In this document: piece by piece, positions 9,464 to 17,336 of the stretch
Position numbering within the stretch: the stretch's first letter is position 1
How the letters are laid out: every line of letters begins with the position of its first letter
Origin: a virus
Taxonomy: Duplodnaviria > Caudoviricetes
Length of the DNA stretch: 30,661 nt
Strand: one strand, 5' to 3'
Virus record (IMG/VR): IMGVR_UViG_3300032295_003276
Location: 1-30,661 of that record
Notes under the pieces: generated by a model
The model's input: only the letters and a program-made list of their open reading frames with translations
What the model was told of the DNA's origin: nothing
The model's database searches: none
Position numbers and translations under genes: made by a program

Positions 9464-9934
9464 ATGCCCGCCAGCCCGCCCACCTACACCCCGCTGCCCA
9501 CGCCGGTGCCGCAGCGCAGCGACCCGGCCAACTTTGCCGTCCGCGCCGACCTGCTTCTGACCGCGCTGCCCACCTTCGGGACGCAGCTCAACGCGCTGGC
9601 CGCCAACGTCTACGCCAACGCGCTCGAGGTGCTGGCCAACGCCAACGCCACGCAGGCCGACCGCGCCCTGGCGCAGGCCGCGCTGGCGTCCATCGTCGCC
9701 GCCAACCCGGCCGCCAACGCCGCCGCCGCCGCCGCATCGGCCGCCGCCGCCGCCGCCAGCGCCGCCCAGGCGCAGGCCGTCAGCCCCGACAGCCCGGTGC
9801 GGCTGAACACGCGCCGCATCTCGGCCGCGCTGACCATCCCCAGCGCCTACAACGCCGCGTCCGTGGGCCCCATCGCCATCGACGACGGGATCACCGTCAC
9901 CGTCCAAGACTTTGCCACCTGGAGCATCCAATGA
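9464..9934 (+). CDS. Tail fibre proximal/adaptor protein
   Basis: 156 aa with P.RSDPANF..RAD N-terminus, poly-Ala coil, and C-terminal TIP..YNAASVGPI.I..GITVTV...ATWSI module; ATGA overlap with the next gene. Confidence 0.6.
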   Translation: MPASPPTYTPLPTPVPQRSDPANFAVRADLLLTALPTFGTQLNALAANVYANALEVLANANATQADRALAQAALASIVAANPAANAAAAAASAAAAAASAAQAQAVSPDSPVRLNTRRISAALTIPSAYNAASVGPIAIDDGITVTVQDFATWSIQ

Positions 9935-11271
9935 GCACCCTCACCATCCGCAACATCCAGACGCCCGACGGGTCGCCCGTCGCCTTCCCCTTCGGCATCC
10001 GCATCGGCCAGGGCGCGGCCGGCAGCATCAACCACATCGGCGTGCCGGGGCAGCAGGGCTTCGGCGTGGGCATCGCGCCCGAGATCCCGAGCGGTTTTGC
10101 GCGTTTGCCCGGCACCGAAGACCCGGCTTCCGAAAACTACGGGAATTACCTGTACAGCGACGGCTCGGTCATGGTCTACGTGCCGGCCTTCTTCTACAAG
10201 TACGGCACCGGCAGCAACGGCAACGCCGTCAACGTCGTCGACGTCAAGCCCTTCAGCCACTTCGCCAGCGTGGCCGACGCCAACGCCGCGGGCTACGCGC
10301 TGCACCGGGCCTTCTACAACGCTGGCTCGATCCGCCCGGGCTTTTTCGTGGACAAGTACCTGTGCAGCAACAACGCGGGCACCGCCAGCAGCCTGAAGAA
10401 CGGGGTCGTGCTCAGCAGCGCGCAGCGCGGCAGCGTCGTCAACACCGCCTTCGCGACGTTGACCGGCACGCCCGGCAACAACCTGGCCGGCGCCATCGCC
10501 GCAGCCAAGACGCGCGGCACCCGCTTCTTTTGCAACACCCGCTTCATCCGCGGCGCCCTGGCCCTGCTGGCCAACGCACACGGCTCAGCCGCCACCGGCA
10601 CCGCCTTCTGTGGCTGGTACAGCGCAGGCGCGACCAACTTCCCCAAGGGCTGCAACAACAACGCCCTGGGCGATGTCAATGACGCCGCAATCGCCTTCGT
10701 CGACGACGGCACCGCCACCAACGCCGGCCGCACCGGCAGCGCCAACCTGCCTGCGCGCGTGGCGCACAACGGGCAGGCGTGCGGCGTCATGGACTTGAAC
10801 GGAATCGTCTGGGAAACCGAGCTGGGCATCACCAGCGACGGCACCAACTTCTATTTGTTCAAGACCACCGCAGACGCCGCCGCCGTCACCGGCGGCACCA
10901 CGCTGGCCACCGACGCCTGGGGCGCCACCGGCCTGGCAGCGCTGTACGACAGCTTGGGCGCCACCTACGAGAGCCTGACCGACAGCGCCAGCAACAAGAC
11001 CTTCGGCGCCGCCGCGCAAGTGCTCAGCGCCGCCACCAGCGGCAACGCCTGGGCCTTTGCCAGCCTGGGTATCCCACTGGCAACCGGCGTGGGCGGCAGC
11101 AACCAGTTTGGCAACGACTATCTCTACGACGATCGCCCGAACGAGCTCTGTGCGATCTCTGGCGGCGACTGGAGCTACGGCAGCTTTGCCGGGGTCTGGG
11201 CGCTGGCTCTGAACATCGTCCGCGGTAACTCGCACACCTTCATCGGGTTCCGCGCCGCCTCTTACCTGTAA
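9931..11271 (+). CDS. DGR target: tail fibre/receptor-binding protein with a C-terminal CLec (FGE-like) domain, Mtd-analogous
   Basis: 446 aa with GFFVDKY, VMDLNGIVWE, GGDW and IGFRAA motifs; its 3' end is the variable repeat. Confidence 0.9.
   Translation: MSTLTIRNIQTPDGSPVAFPFGIRIGQGAAGSINHIGVPGQQGFGVGIAPEIPSGFARLPGTEDPASENYGNYLYSDGSVMVYVPAFFYKYGTGSNGNAVNVVDVKPFSHFASVADANAAGYALHRAFYNAGSIRPGFFVDKYLCSNNAGTASSLKNGVVLSSAQRGSVVNTAFATLTGTPGNNLAGAIAAAKTRGTRFFCNTRFIRGALALLANAHGSAATGTAFCGWYSAGATNFPKGCNNNALGDVNDAAIAFVDDGTATNAGRTGSANLPARVAHNGQACGVMDLNGIVWETELGITSDGTNFYLFKTTADAAAVTGGTTLATDAWGATGLAALYDSLGATYESLTDSASNKTFGAAAQVLSAATSGNAWAFASLGIPLATGVGGSNQFGNDYLYDDRPNELCAISGGDWSYGSFAGVWALALNIVRGNSHTFIGFRAASYL
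11145..11262 (+). repeat. DGR variable repeat (VR)
   Basis: 118 nt, ungapped with 11806-11923, 105/118 identical; all 13 mismatches lie opposite TR adenines. Confidence 0.97.
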
Positions 11272-11277
11272 CCCTGT

Positions 11278-11301
11278 GCCCTGGCGCGACAGCGCCTGGG
11301 C
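11278..11301 (+). promoter_or_regulatory. DGR target-recognition hairpin/cruciform downstream of VR
   Basis: GCCC-T-GGCGC [GACA] GCGCC-T-GGGC: GC-rich stem with a GRNA-type 4-nt loop, 6 nt after the stop codon, as described for BPP-1-type DGRs. Confidence 0.8.
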
Positions 11302-11319
11302 CCCTTGTGCCACACGATC

Positions 11320-11802
11320 ATGAGCCACAACACCCGCAGCATCCACGCGCAAGCCGGCTTGCATCGCAAGCTGATCTTGTTCGCTGCTCAATTGGAGTTG
11401 TACCTGGCTCACTTTCCCTCATGCCACAAATACGCGCTCACGCACCAGATCCGCGCCGCGTATGTGGACGTCTACAACCTCGTCACGGAGGCCCAGAAGC
11501 GCTATCACAAGCGCACCGCGCTCACCCAGCTCGACATCCGTCACGAGCAGTTGCGCATGCTGCTGCTGCTGGCGCACGAGCTGGGCTTGTTCAACTTCAG
11601 CAAGGGCAAGCAAGACCCTGAGCGCCCGGGTGAACACCGGGCCTTGGTGATCTTGCGCCTGGTCGACGAGCTGGGCCGCATGATCGGCGGCTGGCTCTCG
11701 AGCCAATCACAAGCCGGGCCCCAGGCCGCGGCTGAGCCGGCGCAAACCGCGTCGGCGCATGAATCCGGCAGCTTTGCGGCTGCTGGTGCGGTAGGGGCTT
11801 GA
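11320..11802 (+). CDS. avd: DGR accessory variability determinant (four-helix bundle)
   Basis: FP..HKYAL..QIR, K.TALTQLD..HEQLR and LVDELGRMIGGW motifs; located between VR and TR; ATG 11320 preferred over TTG 11305. Confidence 0.9.
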   Translation: MSHNTRSIHAQAGLHRKLILFAAQLELYLAHFPSCHKYALTHQIRAAYVDVYNLVTEAQKRYHKRTALTQLDIRHEQLRMLLLLAHELGLFNFSKGKQDPERPGEHRALVILRLVDELGRMIGGWLSSQSQAGPQAAAEPAQTASAHESGSFAAAGAVGA

Positions 11803-11805
11803 CAT

Positions 11806-11923
11806 GCTCTGTGCGATCTCTGGCGGCAACTGGAACAACGGCAGCAATGCCGGGGTCTGGGCGCTGAATCTGAACAACGTCCGCGGTAACTCGAACAACA
11901 ACATCGGGTTCCGCGCCGACTCT
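11806..11923 (+). ncRNA. DGR template repeat (TR)
   Basis: Adenine-rich counterpart of VR with 11 AAC/AAT codons and 26 adenines; located between avd and RT. Confidence 0.97.
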
Positions 11924-12093
11924 GAGCCTGGCTTGCCACATGCGGCATCGGCCGACCGGCAGAGAGGGAGCCCCCGTCGCGGCTGGTGCCGAAATGTTCT
12001 GTTGCCGCGCCCTGCAGTAGCCCCGGCCGCCCGTGTTGGCAGCCCGGCGACCCTTGGCGCAGCAACCCCTTTGCCCAGCAGGTTGCGCGCACG

Positions 12094-13161
12094 ATGAAAC
12101 GCCACGCAAACCTGTTTGACCAGTACGCGCACCCCGATGCGCTGCTGCAGGCCTACCGGCGCGCCCGCGAGGAAAAGCGCAACAGCCGCGGCTGTTTCCT
12201 GTTCGAGCGCAACCTGGGCGCCAACATCCACGGTCTGCACGCGCAGCTTCTGGACGCCACGTATGCGCCGCTGCCGGTCAATGCCTTCTGGATCAACGAT
12301 GGGCGCAAGCCCCGCCTGATCGAAGCGCCGTCATTCCGAGACCTCGTCGTGCAGCACGCCGTCTATGGTGTCGTCGGCCCACTGTTCGAGCGGCGCTACA
12401 TCGCCACCAGCTTTGCCTGCCGCACCGGGCTGGGCACGCACGCCGCCGCCGATTGGCTGCAGGCCGCCATGCGCCGCGCGCCGCGCAGCGCCTGGGCGCT
12501 GCACGTGGACGTGCGCAAGTTCTTCTACAGCGTCGACCGCGCCACGCTGGCCGCGCTGGTGCGCCGCGTCATCAAGTGCCCGGACACCCTGCGCCTGCTC
12601 GACCTGTTCGCCCAGCGCCCGGCGCCCACGGGCATCCCCATCGGCAACCTGATGTCGCAGACGTTCGCCAACCTGTACCTCAACAGCCTCGACCACTTCT
12701 GCAAGCGCACGCTGGGCGCGGCCGACTACGGGCGATACATGGATGACGCCGTGATGATCGCCCCGAGCCGCGCCGTCGGCCAAGACTGGCTGCACCGCAT
12801 CGGCGAGCACCTGGCGCTGCTCGGGCTGGAGATCAGCCACCACAGCCTGCAGCCCATTGCCCGCGGCGTCAACTGGGTCGGCTACCGCACCTGGGCGCGC
12901 GCCCGCTTCGTGCGCCCGCGCCTGGTCCACCAGATCCGCGCCGACGCCCGCGCGCACCGCCTGCAACCCCTGGTGTCGCGCCTTGGCCATGCGCGCCGCA
13001 CCGCGTCTTTCCGGCCCCTCATCCAGTACATCACGGAGCATCACCATGCCGTCGCTCATCGCCTACCGCAAAGTTTCCACGCCCATGCACACGTGGGAGC
13101 TTCGGCTGCCCGAGGCCAACGCCGCCCAGCGCCAGGGCCAGGAACTCGCCACGCTGCCTGA
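12094..13161 (+). CDS. brt: DGR reverse transcriptase
   Basis: 355 aa from MKRHANLF; KPRLI.AP.FRD.VVQHA, DVRKFF.S, GIPIGNLMSQ.FANLYL and RYMDD motifs. Confidence 0.95.
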   Translation: MKRHANLFDQYAHPDALLQAYRRAREEKRNSRGCFLFERNLGANIHGLHAQLLDATYAPLPVNAFWINDGRKPRLIEAPSFRDLVVQHAVYGVVGPLFERRYIATSFACRTGLGTHAAADWLQAAMRRAPRSAWALHVDVRKFFYSVDRATLAALVRRVIKCPDTLRLLDLFAQRPAPTGIPIGNLMSQTFANLYLNSLDHFCKRTLGAADYGRYMDDAVMIAPSRAVGQDWLHRIGEHLALLGLEISHHSLQPIARGVNWVGYRTWARARFVRPRLVHQIRADARAHRLQPLVSRLGHARRTASFRPLIQYITEHHHAVAHRLPQSFHAHAHVGASAARGQRRPAPGPGTRHAA

Positions 13162-13471
13162 CGGGCGCACCGTCGTCGCGCTGGACGACGGGGCCACGCT
13201 GCCCGCCACGCAGCCGGCGCAGATTGCCGCCAGCATCGAGCACCTGCCCAACCCGCTGCCGTCTGACCTGCGTGACGCCATCCGCGCTGCCAGCCCGCAA
13301 GTGCGGCTGATCCAGCAGCGTGTGGTCGATGCCATCCGCAGCCGCTACAGCGTCGACGACGAAATCAAGCTCCTGCGCACCGCCCCCAGCGCCGAAACCG
13401 AGGCATGGAACTCCTACGTCGAAGACTGCCGCGCTTGGGGCAGGGCAGAGCGCGCGAAGCTGGGCCTGTGA
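13046..13471 (+). CDS. Hypothetical protein, possibly a tail fibre assembly/chaperone protein
   Basis: 141 aa from MPSLIAYRK; GGAG RBS at 13035; IRSRYSVDDEIKLLR...WNSYVEDCR motif; overlaps the RT 3' end. Confidence 0.65.
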   Translation: MPSLIAYRKVSTPMHTWELRLPEANAAQRQGQELATLPDGRTVVALDDGATLPATQPAQIAASIEHLPNPLPSDLRDAIRAASPQVRLIQQRVVDAIRSRYSVDDEIKLLRTAPSAETEAWNSYVEDCRAWGRAERAKLGL

Positions 13472-13484
13472 TGGCGGGATCGCC

Positions 13485-13820
13485 ATGCGCATGCCTCAAG
13501 TCCCACGCATCCGCCCCTTGCGCGGCCCCATGCGCTGGCTGTTCGACGCCGCCGGCTTCGCTGGCCTTTGCCTGCCCCCCATCGGCGTTTGGCTGCATCC
13601 AGACCTGATGTCCTGGCAACGGGCCGGCATGGCCGCCCCCGCGCCCGGCACCGCGGCCGATCGCCTGCTGCGCCACGAGATGGCGCACTGGCGCCAGGCG
13701 CAGCGCTTCGGCGTCATCGGGTTCTATGCGCGGTACGTGGCCGGCCTGTTGCGCTACGGCTACCGCAACCATCCGCTCGAAATCGAAGCCGTGCGCGCCG
13801 CCGCGCCGCCGCCGCGCTGA
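13485..13820 (+). CDS. Small HExxH zincin-like protein
   Basis: LLRHEMAHWRQ...FY..Y...GY.NHPLEIEA. Confidence 0.65.
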   Translation: MRMPQVPRIRPLRGPMRWLFDAAGFAGLCLPPIGVWLHPDLMSWQRAGMAAPAPGTAADRLLRHEMAHWRQAQRFGVIGFYARYVAGLLRYGYRNHPLEIEAVRAAAPPPR

Positions 13821-13899
13821 GCCGCATCACACATTGCGCCCGCCGCCGCGCCTTACCCGCACCCACGCCCGCCCACCACCCGCACTGAAGCCGCCCACC

Positions 13900-14235
13900 A
13901 TGCACACCACCGAGGCCCCATCATCCAGCCCAGCCGCTGACGTGCTCAACCACCGTCTCGACACGCTGCATGGTGATGTCGGCGAGATCAAGACCGCCCT
14001 GCGCGAGCTGGCCGCCGCCGTCGTGCGCCTGGCGCTGGTCGAAGAGCGCCAAGCCCAGGCCGCCGCGGCGCAAGAGCGCGCATTCACCGCGCTGGAGCGC
14101 ATCGAGCATCGGCTCAGCGTCCTTGAGCAACAAGCCCCCGCAGCCACCCGCGCCGCCGCTTGGATGGACCGCGCCATGTGGGCCGCAGCCGCCGCCGCGT
14201 GCATGTACATCGCCAAGAGGGCAGGGCTCATCTGA
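13900..14235 (+). CDS. Coiled-coil protein with a C-terminal TM helix (holin/antiholin-associated)
   Basis: 111 aa with LHGDVGEIK...LALVEERQ motif and hydrophobic C-terminus; first gene of the lysis cluster. Confidence 0.6.
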   Translation: MHTTEAPSSSPAADVLNHRLDTLHGDVGEIKTALRELAAAVVRLALVEERQAQAAAAQERAFTALERIEHRLSVLEQQAPAATRAAAWMDRAMWAAAAAACMYIAKRAGLI

Positions 14236-14633
14236 TGCACCGCTCCACCGACCCGCACGACCATTTTCCTGACCGTAGGAATATGGTGCGCGACCGCCCG
14301 CTGCGCCTCACCATCACGCTGACGGCCAACTGGCGCCGCGCCTGGCGCATGCTCAGCGTGCAGGCCGCCGCGCTGGCCTGCGGCTTCGGCCTGCTGCCAC
14401 CTGACCAACAGGCCGCCCTGCTGGCCGCCGTCGGCGTGCCCGAGCACCGGCTGCCCCTGGCCCTGGGCCTGCTCTTTCTGGCCGCGCGCCTTGTCGGCCA
14501 GCCGGGCGTGGAGGCGCAAGGTGTTCCCGAATCCAACTTCGGGAACATGACGCCCGCCAACCACGCCGTTCGGGCTGAGCCTGTCGAAGCCCCCGTCACG
14601 CCCGTCAACCCCGCGGCCGCGCCCCGACCATGA
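14235..14633 (+). CDS. Holin-like membrane protein (alternative start at 14283)
   Basis: NWRRAWRMLSVQ motif, two hydrophobic segments, ARLV.Q; ATGA overlap with the endolysin. Confidence 0.65.
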   Translation: MHRSTDPHDHFPDRRNMVRDRPLRLTITLTANWRRAWRMLSVQAAALACGFGLLPPDQQAALLAAVGVPEHRLPLALGLLFLAARLVGQPGVEAQGVPESNFGNMTPANHAVRAEPVEAPVTPVNPAAAPRP

Positions 14634-15103
14634 GCCTTGTCGATCAACCAATCAGCGCCAACTTCCGCCTGTCCGAGTTCCTGCGCAGCGAAACCGCTGT
14701 GCGCCACGGCCTGGACAACACTCCGCCCGCCGCAGCGCTGGCCAACCTGCGCAACGTGCTCGGCCCGAGCATGCAACGGGTGCGAGATCTGCTGATGCAA
14801 CCCATCCAGATCACCAGCGGTTACCGCAGCCCGGCGCTCAACGCCGCCATCGGCGGCAGCGACAGCAGCCAGCACACCCTCGGCCTGGCCGCCGACTTCG
14901 TCGCGCCCGCGTTCGGCGCACCGCGCGCGATCTGCCGCCACATCGCCAACCACGCCGAGCAGATCCGCTACGACCAGCTCATCTTCGAGGGCCAGTGGGT
15001 GCACATCTCTTTCCTGCCCCCAGGCCGCGGCACGCCCCGCGCGCAGGTGCTGACCGCGCACTTTGCCGGGGGCCGCGTCACCTACAGCCCGGGAATCGCC
15101 TGA
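14630..15103 (+). CDS. Endolysin, peptidase M15A family
   Basis: NFRLSEF..S, ITSGYRS..LN.AIGG...SQH..G.AAD, DQLIFE and WVHIS motifs. Confidence 0.9.
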   Translation: MSLVDQPISANFRLSEFLRSETAVRHGLDNTPPAAALANLRNVLGPSMQRVRDLLMQPIQITSGYRSPALNAAIGGSDSSQHTLGLAADFVAPAFGAPRAICRHIANHAEQIRYDQLIFEGQWVHISFLPPGRGTPRAQVLTAHFAGGRVTYSPGIA

Positions 15104-15190
15104 GGCACCAGCGCCACATCTACAGCGCAAACGCCGCACATCCGCACCAGATCCACACCACCCCGCGCAATCCACACCAGCCCACCCGCC

Positions 15191-15781
15191 ATGCTGATCG
15201 ACCGCGCCCTCACCGCCCTGGCCACTGCAGCCGCCATCGGCCTGGGCGCGCTCAGCGCCACGCTGTGGATGGACGTGCGCGACGCCGAGCGCACCGCCCA
15301 GCGCCTGCGCGCCACCCTCGAAGAAGAGCGTGCCCAGTGGGCCACCGAGCGCGCCGCCCTGGCCACCGCCGCCGCCCAGGCCAGCGAGCAAGCCCGCGCC
15401 ACCGAAACCGCCTGGAGAAGTGCCCATGACGACATCGCCGCCGCCGCCACCCGCCAGCAGGCCGCTGCCCGCGCTGACGCTGACCGCGCTCGCGCTGCTG
15501 CTGACAGCCTGCGCCAATGGGCGGCAGCCTACGCAGCCCAATGCAGCGCCCCTGCCGCCCCCGGTCACACAGCCCCCGGCCATCCCCCCGCTGCCCCCGG
15601 CAGCCCGCCAGCCGGCAACGCCGGCGTGGTGCTCGCCGACATGCTCAGCCGGCTGGACGCGCGAGCTCGAGAACTGGCAGCGCTCGCAGACGCCCGCGCC
15701 GCCGCCGGCACCACCTGCGAGCGCGCCTACGACGCCCTGACGACCACCCCGCGCCCGCCGGCCGCCGCCCCGCCGCACTGA
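15191..15781 (+). CDS. Inner-membrane spanin (Rz-like)
   Basis: N-terminal TM helix, Ala-rich coiled coil, C-terminal G.TCERAYDAL. Confidence 0.8.
   Translation: MLIDRALTALATAAAIGLGALSATLWMDVRDAERTAQRLRATLEEERAQWATERAALATAAAQASEQARATETAWRSAHDDIAAAATRQQAAARADADRARAAADSLRQWAAAYAAQCSAPAAPGHTAPGHPPAAPGSPPAGNAGVVLADMLSRLDARARELAALADARAAAGTTCERAYDALTTTPRPPAAAPPH
15426..15740 (+). CDS. Outer-membrane spanin lipoprotein (Rz1-like), embedded in Rz in the +1 frame
   Basis: GGAG RBS at 15414; lipobox LALLLTAC; Pro-rich mature part with WCSPTCS. Confidence 0.8.
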   Translation: MTTSPPPPPASRPLPALTLTALALLLTACANGRQPTQPNAAPLPPPVTQPPAIPPLPPAARQPATPAWCSPTCSAGWTRELENWQRSQTPAPPPAPPASAPTTP

Positions 15782-15820
15782 CCCCGCCGCCCACCCCCAG
15801 CCCAGCCCAGGAGCCCCAGC

Positions 15821-16120
15821 ATGCGCCTACTCGCCCACGCCCTCGCCGCCGTCCTGCTGATGCTGGCCATCGCCCTGACCATCCAGCCCGCCGCCGCCGC
15901 CGTCATCGCAGTCGCCACCGACGGAGACCGCCGTGCCGAGCTGCACGATCAGCCTGGGCCGTGCGTGGGCGCCGCGAAGCTGGCGGTGTTCATCCAGGGC
16001 CCGGTGCGCGTCGGCGGCTGCTGGGTCATGGCCGGGCCGGAAGTGGTGCAGATCGCGTGGCTCGATGGCGAGGTGTCCAACGTCGCCACCCGCCACTTCC
16101 GCAAGCCCGACGAAGGCTGA
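15821..16120 (+). CDS. Small exported protein of unknown function
   Basis: AGGAG RBS; signal peptide ending in AAA; two Cys; 99 aa. Confidence 0.7.
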   Translation: MRLLAHALAAVLLMLAIALTIQPAAAAVIAVATDGDRRAELHDQPGPCVGAAKLAVFIQGPVRVGGCWVMAGPEVVQIAWLDGEVSNVATRHFRKPDEG

Positions 16121-16250
16121 GTCACGCACCCGCCACGCACCGGCTGTCGGCCGCGCCCGGTGTAAATCCTGGTGTAAATTGGGGTCCGCCAAGGCCCCAA
16201 AACGGGGTGTTTTGCCGGCGTCTCTCCCTCGTAAGCCAGGTCAGACACCG

Positions 16251-16298
16251 GCCTTCACACGGCAGGGGTCGCAGGTTCGAACCCTGCACCGCCCACCA
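16251..16298 (+). other. attP core: 3' half of tRNA-Val(CAC)
   Basis: GCC TTCACAC GGCAG GGGTC GCAGG TTCGAAC CCTGC ACCGCCC ACCA = anticodon loop, T-arm, acceptor 3' strand and CCA; no 5' half; adjacent to int. Confidence 0.9.
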
Positions 16299-16302
16299 AG
16301 GA

Positions 16303-16315
16303 AATCAACGACTTA
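16303..16315 (+). promoter_or_regulatory. IHF binding site
   Basis: AATCAACGACTTA matches WATCAANNNNTTR exactly. Confidence 0.7.
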
Positions 16316-17336
16316 CAGCGGCCCTTCGGGGCCGTTGGTCTTCCTGGTGTAAATCGGCGGTGAAGATTGTTGCGGCGCCCAGGGCCTCCAGGGCCTGGCG
16401 CTGGGGTTGCACCAGGGCGTGGGCGTAGCGCTCGGTCACCTTGATGCTGGTGTGCCCCAGCACGTCGCGCACCACGTGCAGCGGGGCGTTGATCGGGGGC
16501 GCCAGCAGGATCGTGGCGCAGCTGTGGCGCAGCGTGTGAAAACCTACACCGGGCAGGCCGGCCTTGGCGCGGGCGCGCCGGATGCCGCTCTTGACGCCCT
16601 CGAAGGTCACCGGCAATGGGATGTACTGCAGCCACGGGCGCAGCGCCGGCACGATGGGCACCTCGCGGTAGCGCAGCGTCTTGGTGTTGCCGGCCTGGAT
16701 GCGCAGCGTGGTTTCGCCGATGTCCTCGCGCTGCAGCTTGCAGATCTCGCCGCGGCGGCAGCCGGTGAGCAGGCCGATCCAGATGGCGGCGCGCACCGGC
16801 TCGCTGGCCGCGTCGGCGAGCTGGCGCACCTGGTCGATGGTGAGGTACAGCGTCTTCTCGTTTTGCTCGGGCAGGCGCTTGACCAGGCCCGACCAGTCCT
16901 GCGTGGTGTCGCCACGCTCCCAGGCCATGCGCAGCGCGCGCTTCAGTGTGCCCAGGCTGCGGTTTATGGTGGCCGGCCGGTAGGCGGTGCTGAGATCCTG
17001 CACGATTTGCGCGACGACCTGGCGTACCTCACTCGCGCGCCGGCCCTCGAGCCAGCGGCCGATGCGGTAGGCGTGGTGCTGGGCGGTGTCAGTGCTGCGC
17101 AGCGTCAGCGCGTGGCGCTGGGCGTAGTCGGCCAGGATGGCGGTCAGCGGTGGGTCGCCGGGCACGCTGACGACACGCTGCGGCGCCGGCTCAGCGTGCA
17201 GCGCGCGCGTCAGCTCAGCTTCGGCGAGCTTGGCATCACGCGCAGTTGCGCCCGCCGGCAGGCGTCGGTGAAGGCGTCGACGACGGACGCAGACCTCGAC
17301 GTGCCAGCGGCCTTCGGTGTCTTGTCTGATGGGCAT
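16305..17336 (-). CDS. int: Tyrosine integrase
   Basis: TGCRRGEI, TKT, FHTLRH, LGH and TERYAH catalytic set; next to attP; start taken as MPIRQD. Confidence 0.95.
   Translation of the reverse strand: MPIRQDTEGRWHVEVCVRRRRLHRRLPAGATARDAKLAEAELTRALHAEPAPQRVVSVPGDPPLTAILADYAQRHALTLRSTDTAQHHAYRIGRWLEGRRASEVRQVVAQIVQDLSTAYRPATINRSLGTLKRALRMAWERGDTTQDWSGLVKRLPEQNEKTLYLTIDQVRQLADAASEPVRAAIWIGLLTGCRRGEICKLQREDIGETTLRIQAGNTKTLRYREVPIVPALRPWLQYIPLPVTFEGVKSGIRRARAKAGLPGVGFHTLRHSCATILLAPPINAPLHVVRDVLGHTSIKVTERYAHALVQPQRQALEALGAATIFTADLHQEDQRPRRAAVSR
16316..16343 (+). terminator. Hairpin, probably the terminator for the tRNA reconstituted on integration
   Basis: CAGCGGCCC-TTCG-GGGCCGTTG, then a weak T tract. 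Confidence 0.55.

Larger units (their letters stand above)
9931..13161 (+). mobile_element. Complete diversity-generating retroelement (target-VR-hairpin-avd-TR-RT)
   Basis: All canonical components present, co-oriented and intact. Confidence 0.95.
16159..16367 (+). repeat. Integrase arm-type sites flanking the att core
   Basis: GGTGTAAAT at 16159, 16171 and 16346 (TCCTGGTGTAAAT identical at 16167 and 16342); degenerate GGTGAAGAT at 16359. Confidence 0.75.

Noticed and set aside
11986-12093. N-terminal RT extension given in the ORF track
   Set aside because: DGR RTs typically begin MKR..NL (12094); the upstream part is the TR-RT spacer
12094-13161. Retron, group II intron or Abi-type RT
   Set aside because: The avd/TR/VR context and the GNLMSQ motif identify a DGR RT; no maturase or endonuclease domain is present
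15104-15190. C/A-rich intergenic tracts (also near 2677-2735 and 13821-13899) as ncRNA
   Set aside because: No stable structure or shared motif is visible; they reflect the general C-rich bias of the late strand
16225-16298. Functional tRNA-Val gene
   Set aside because: The upstream sequence cannot form the acceptor 5' strand or D-arm; only the 3' half is present, consistent with an att core
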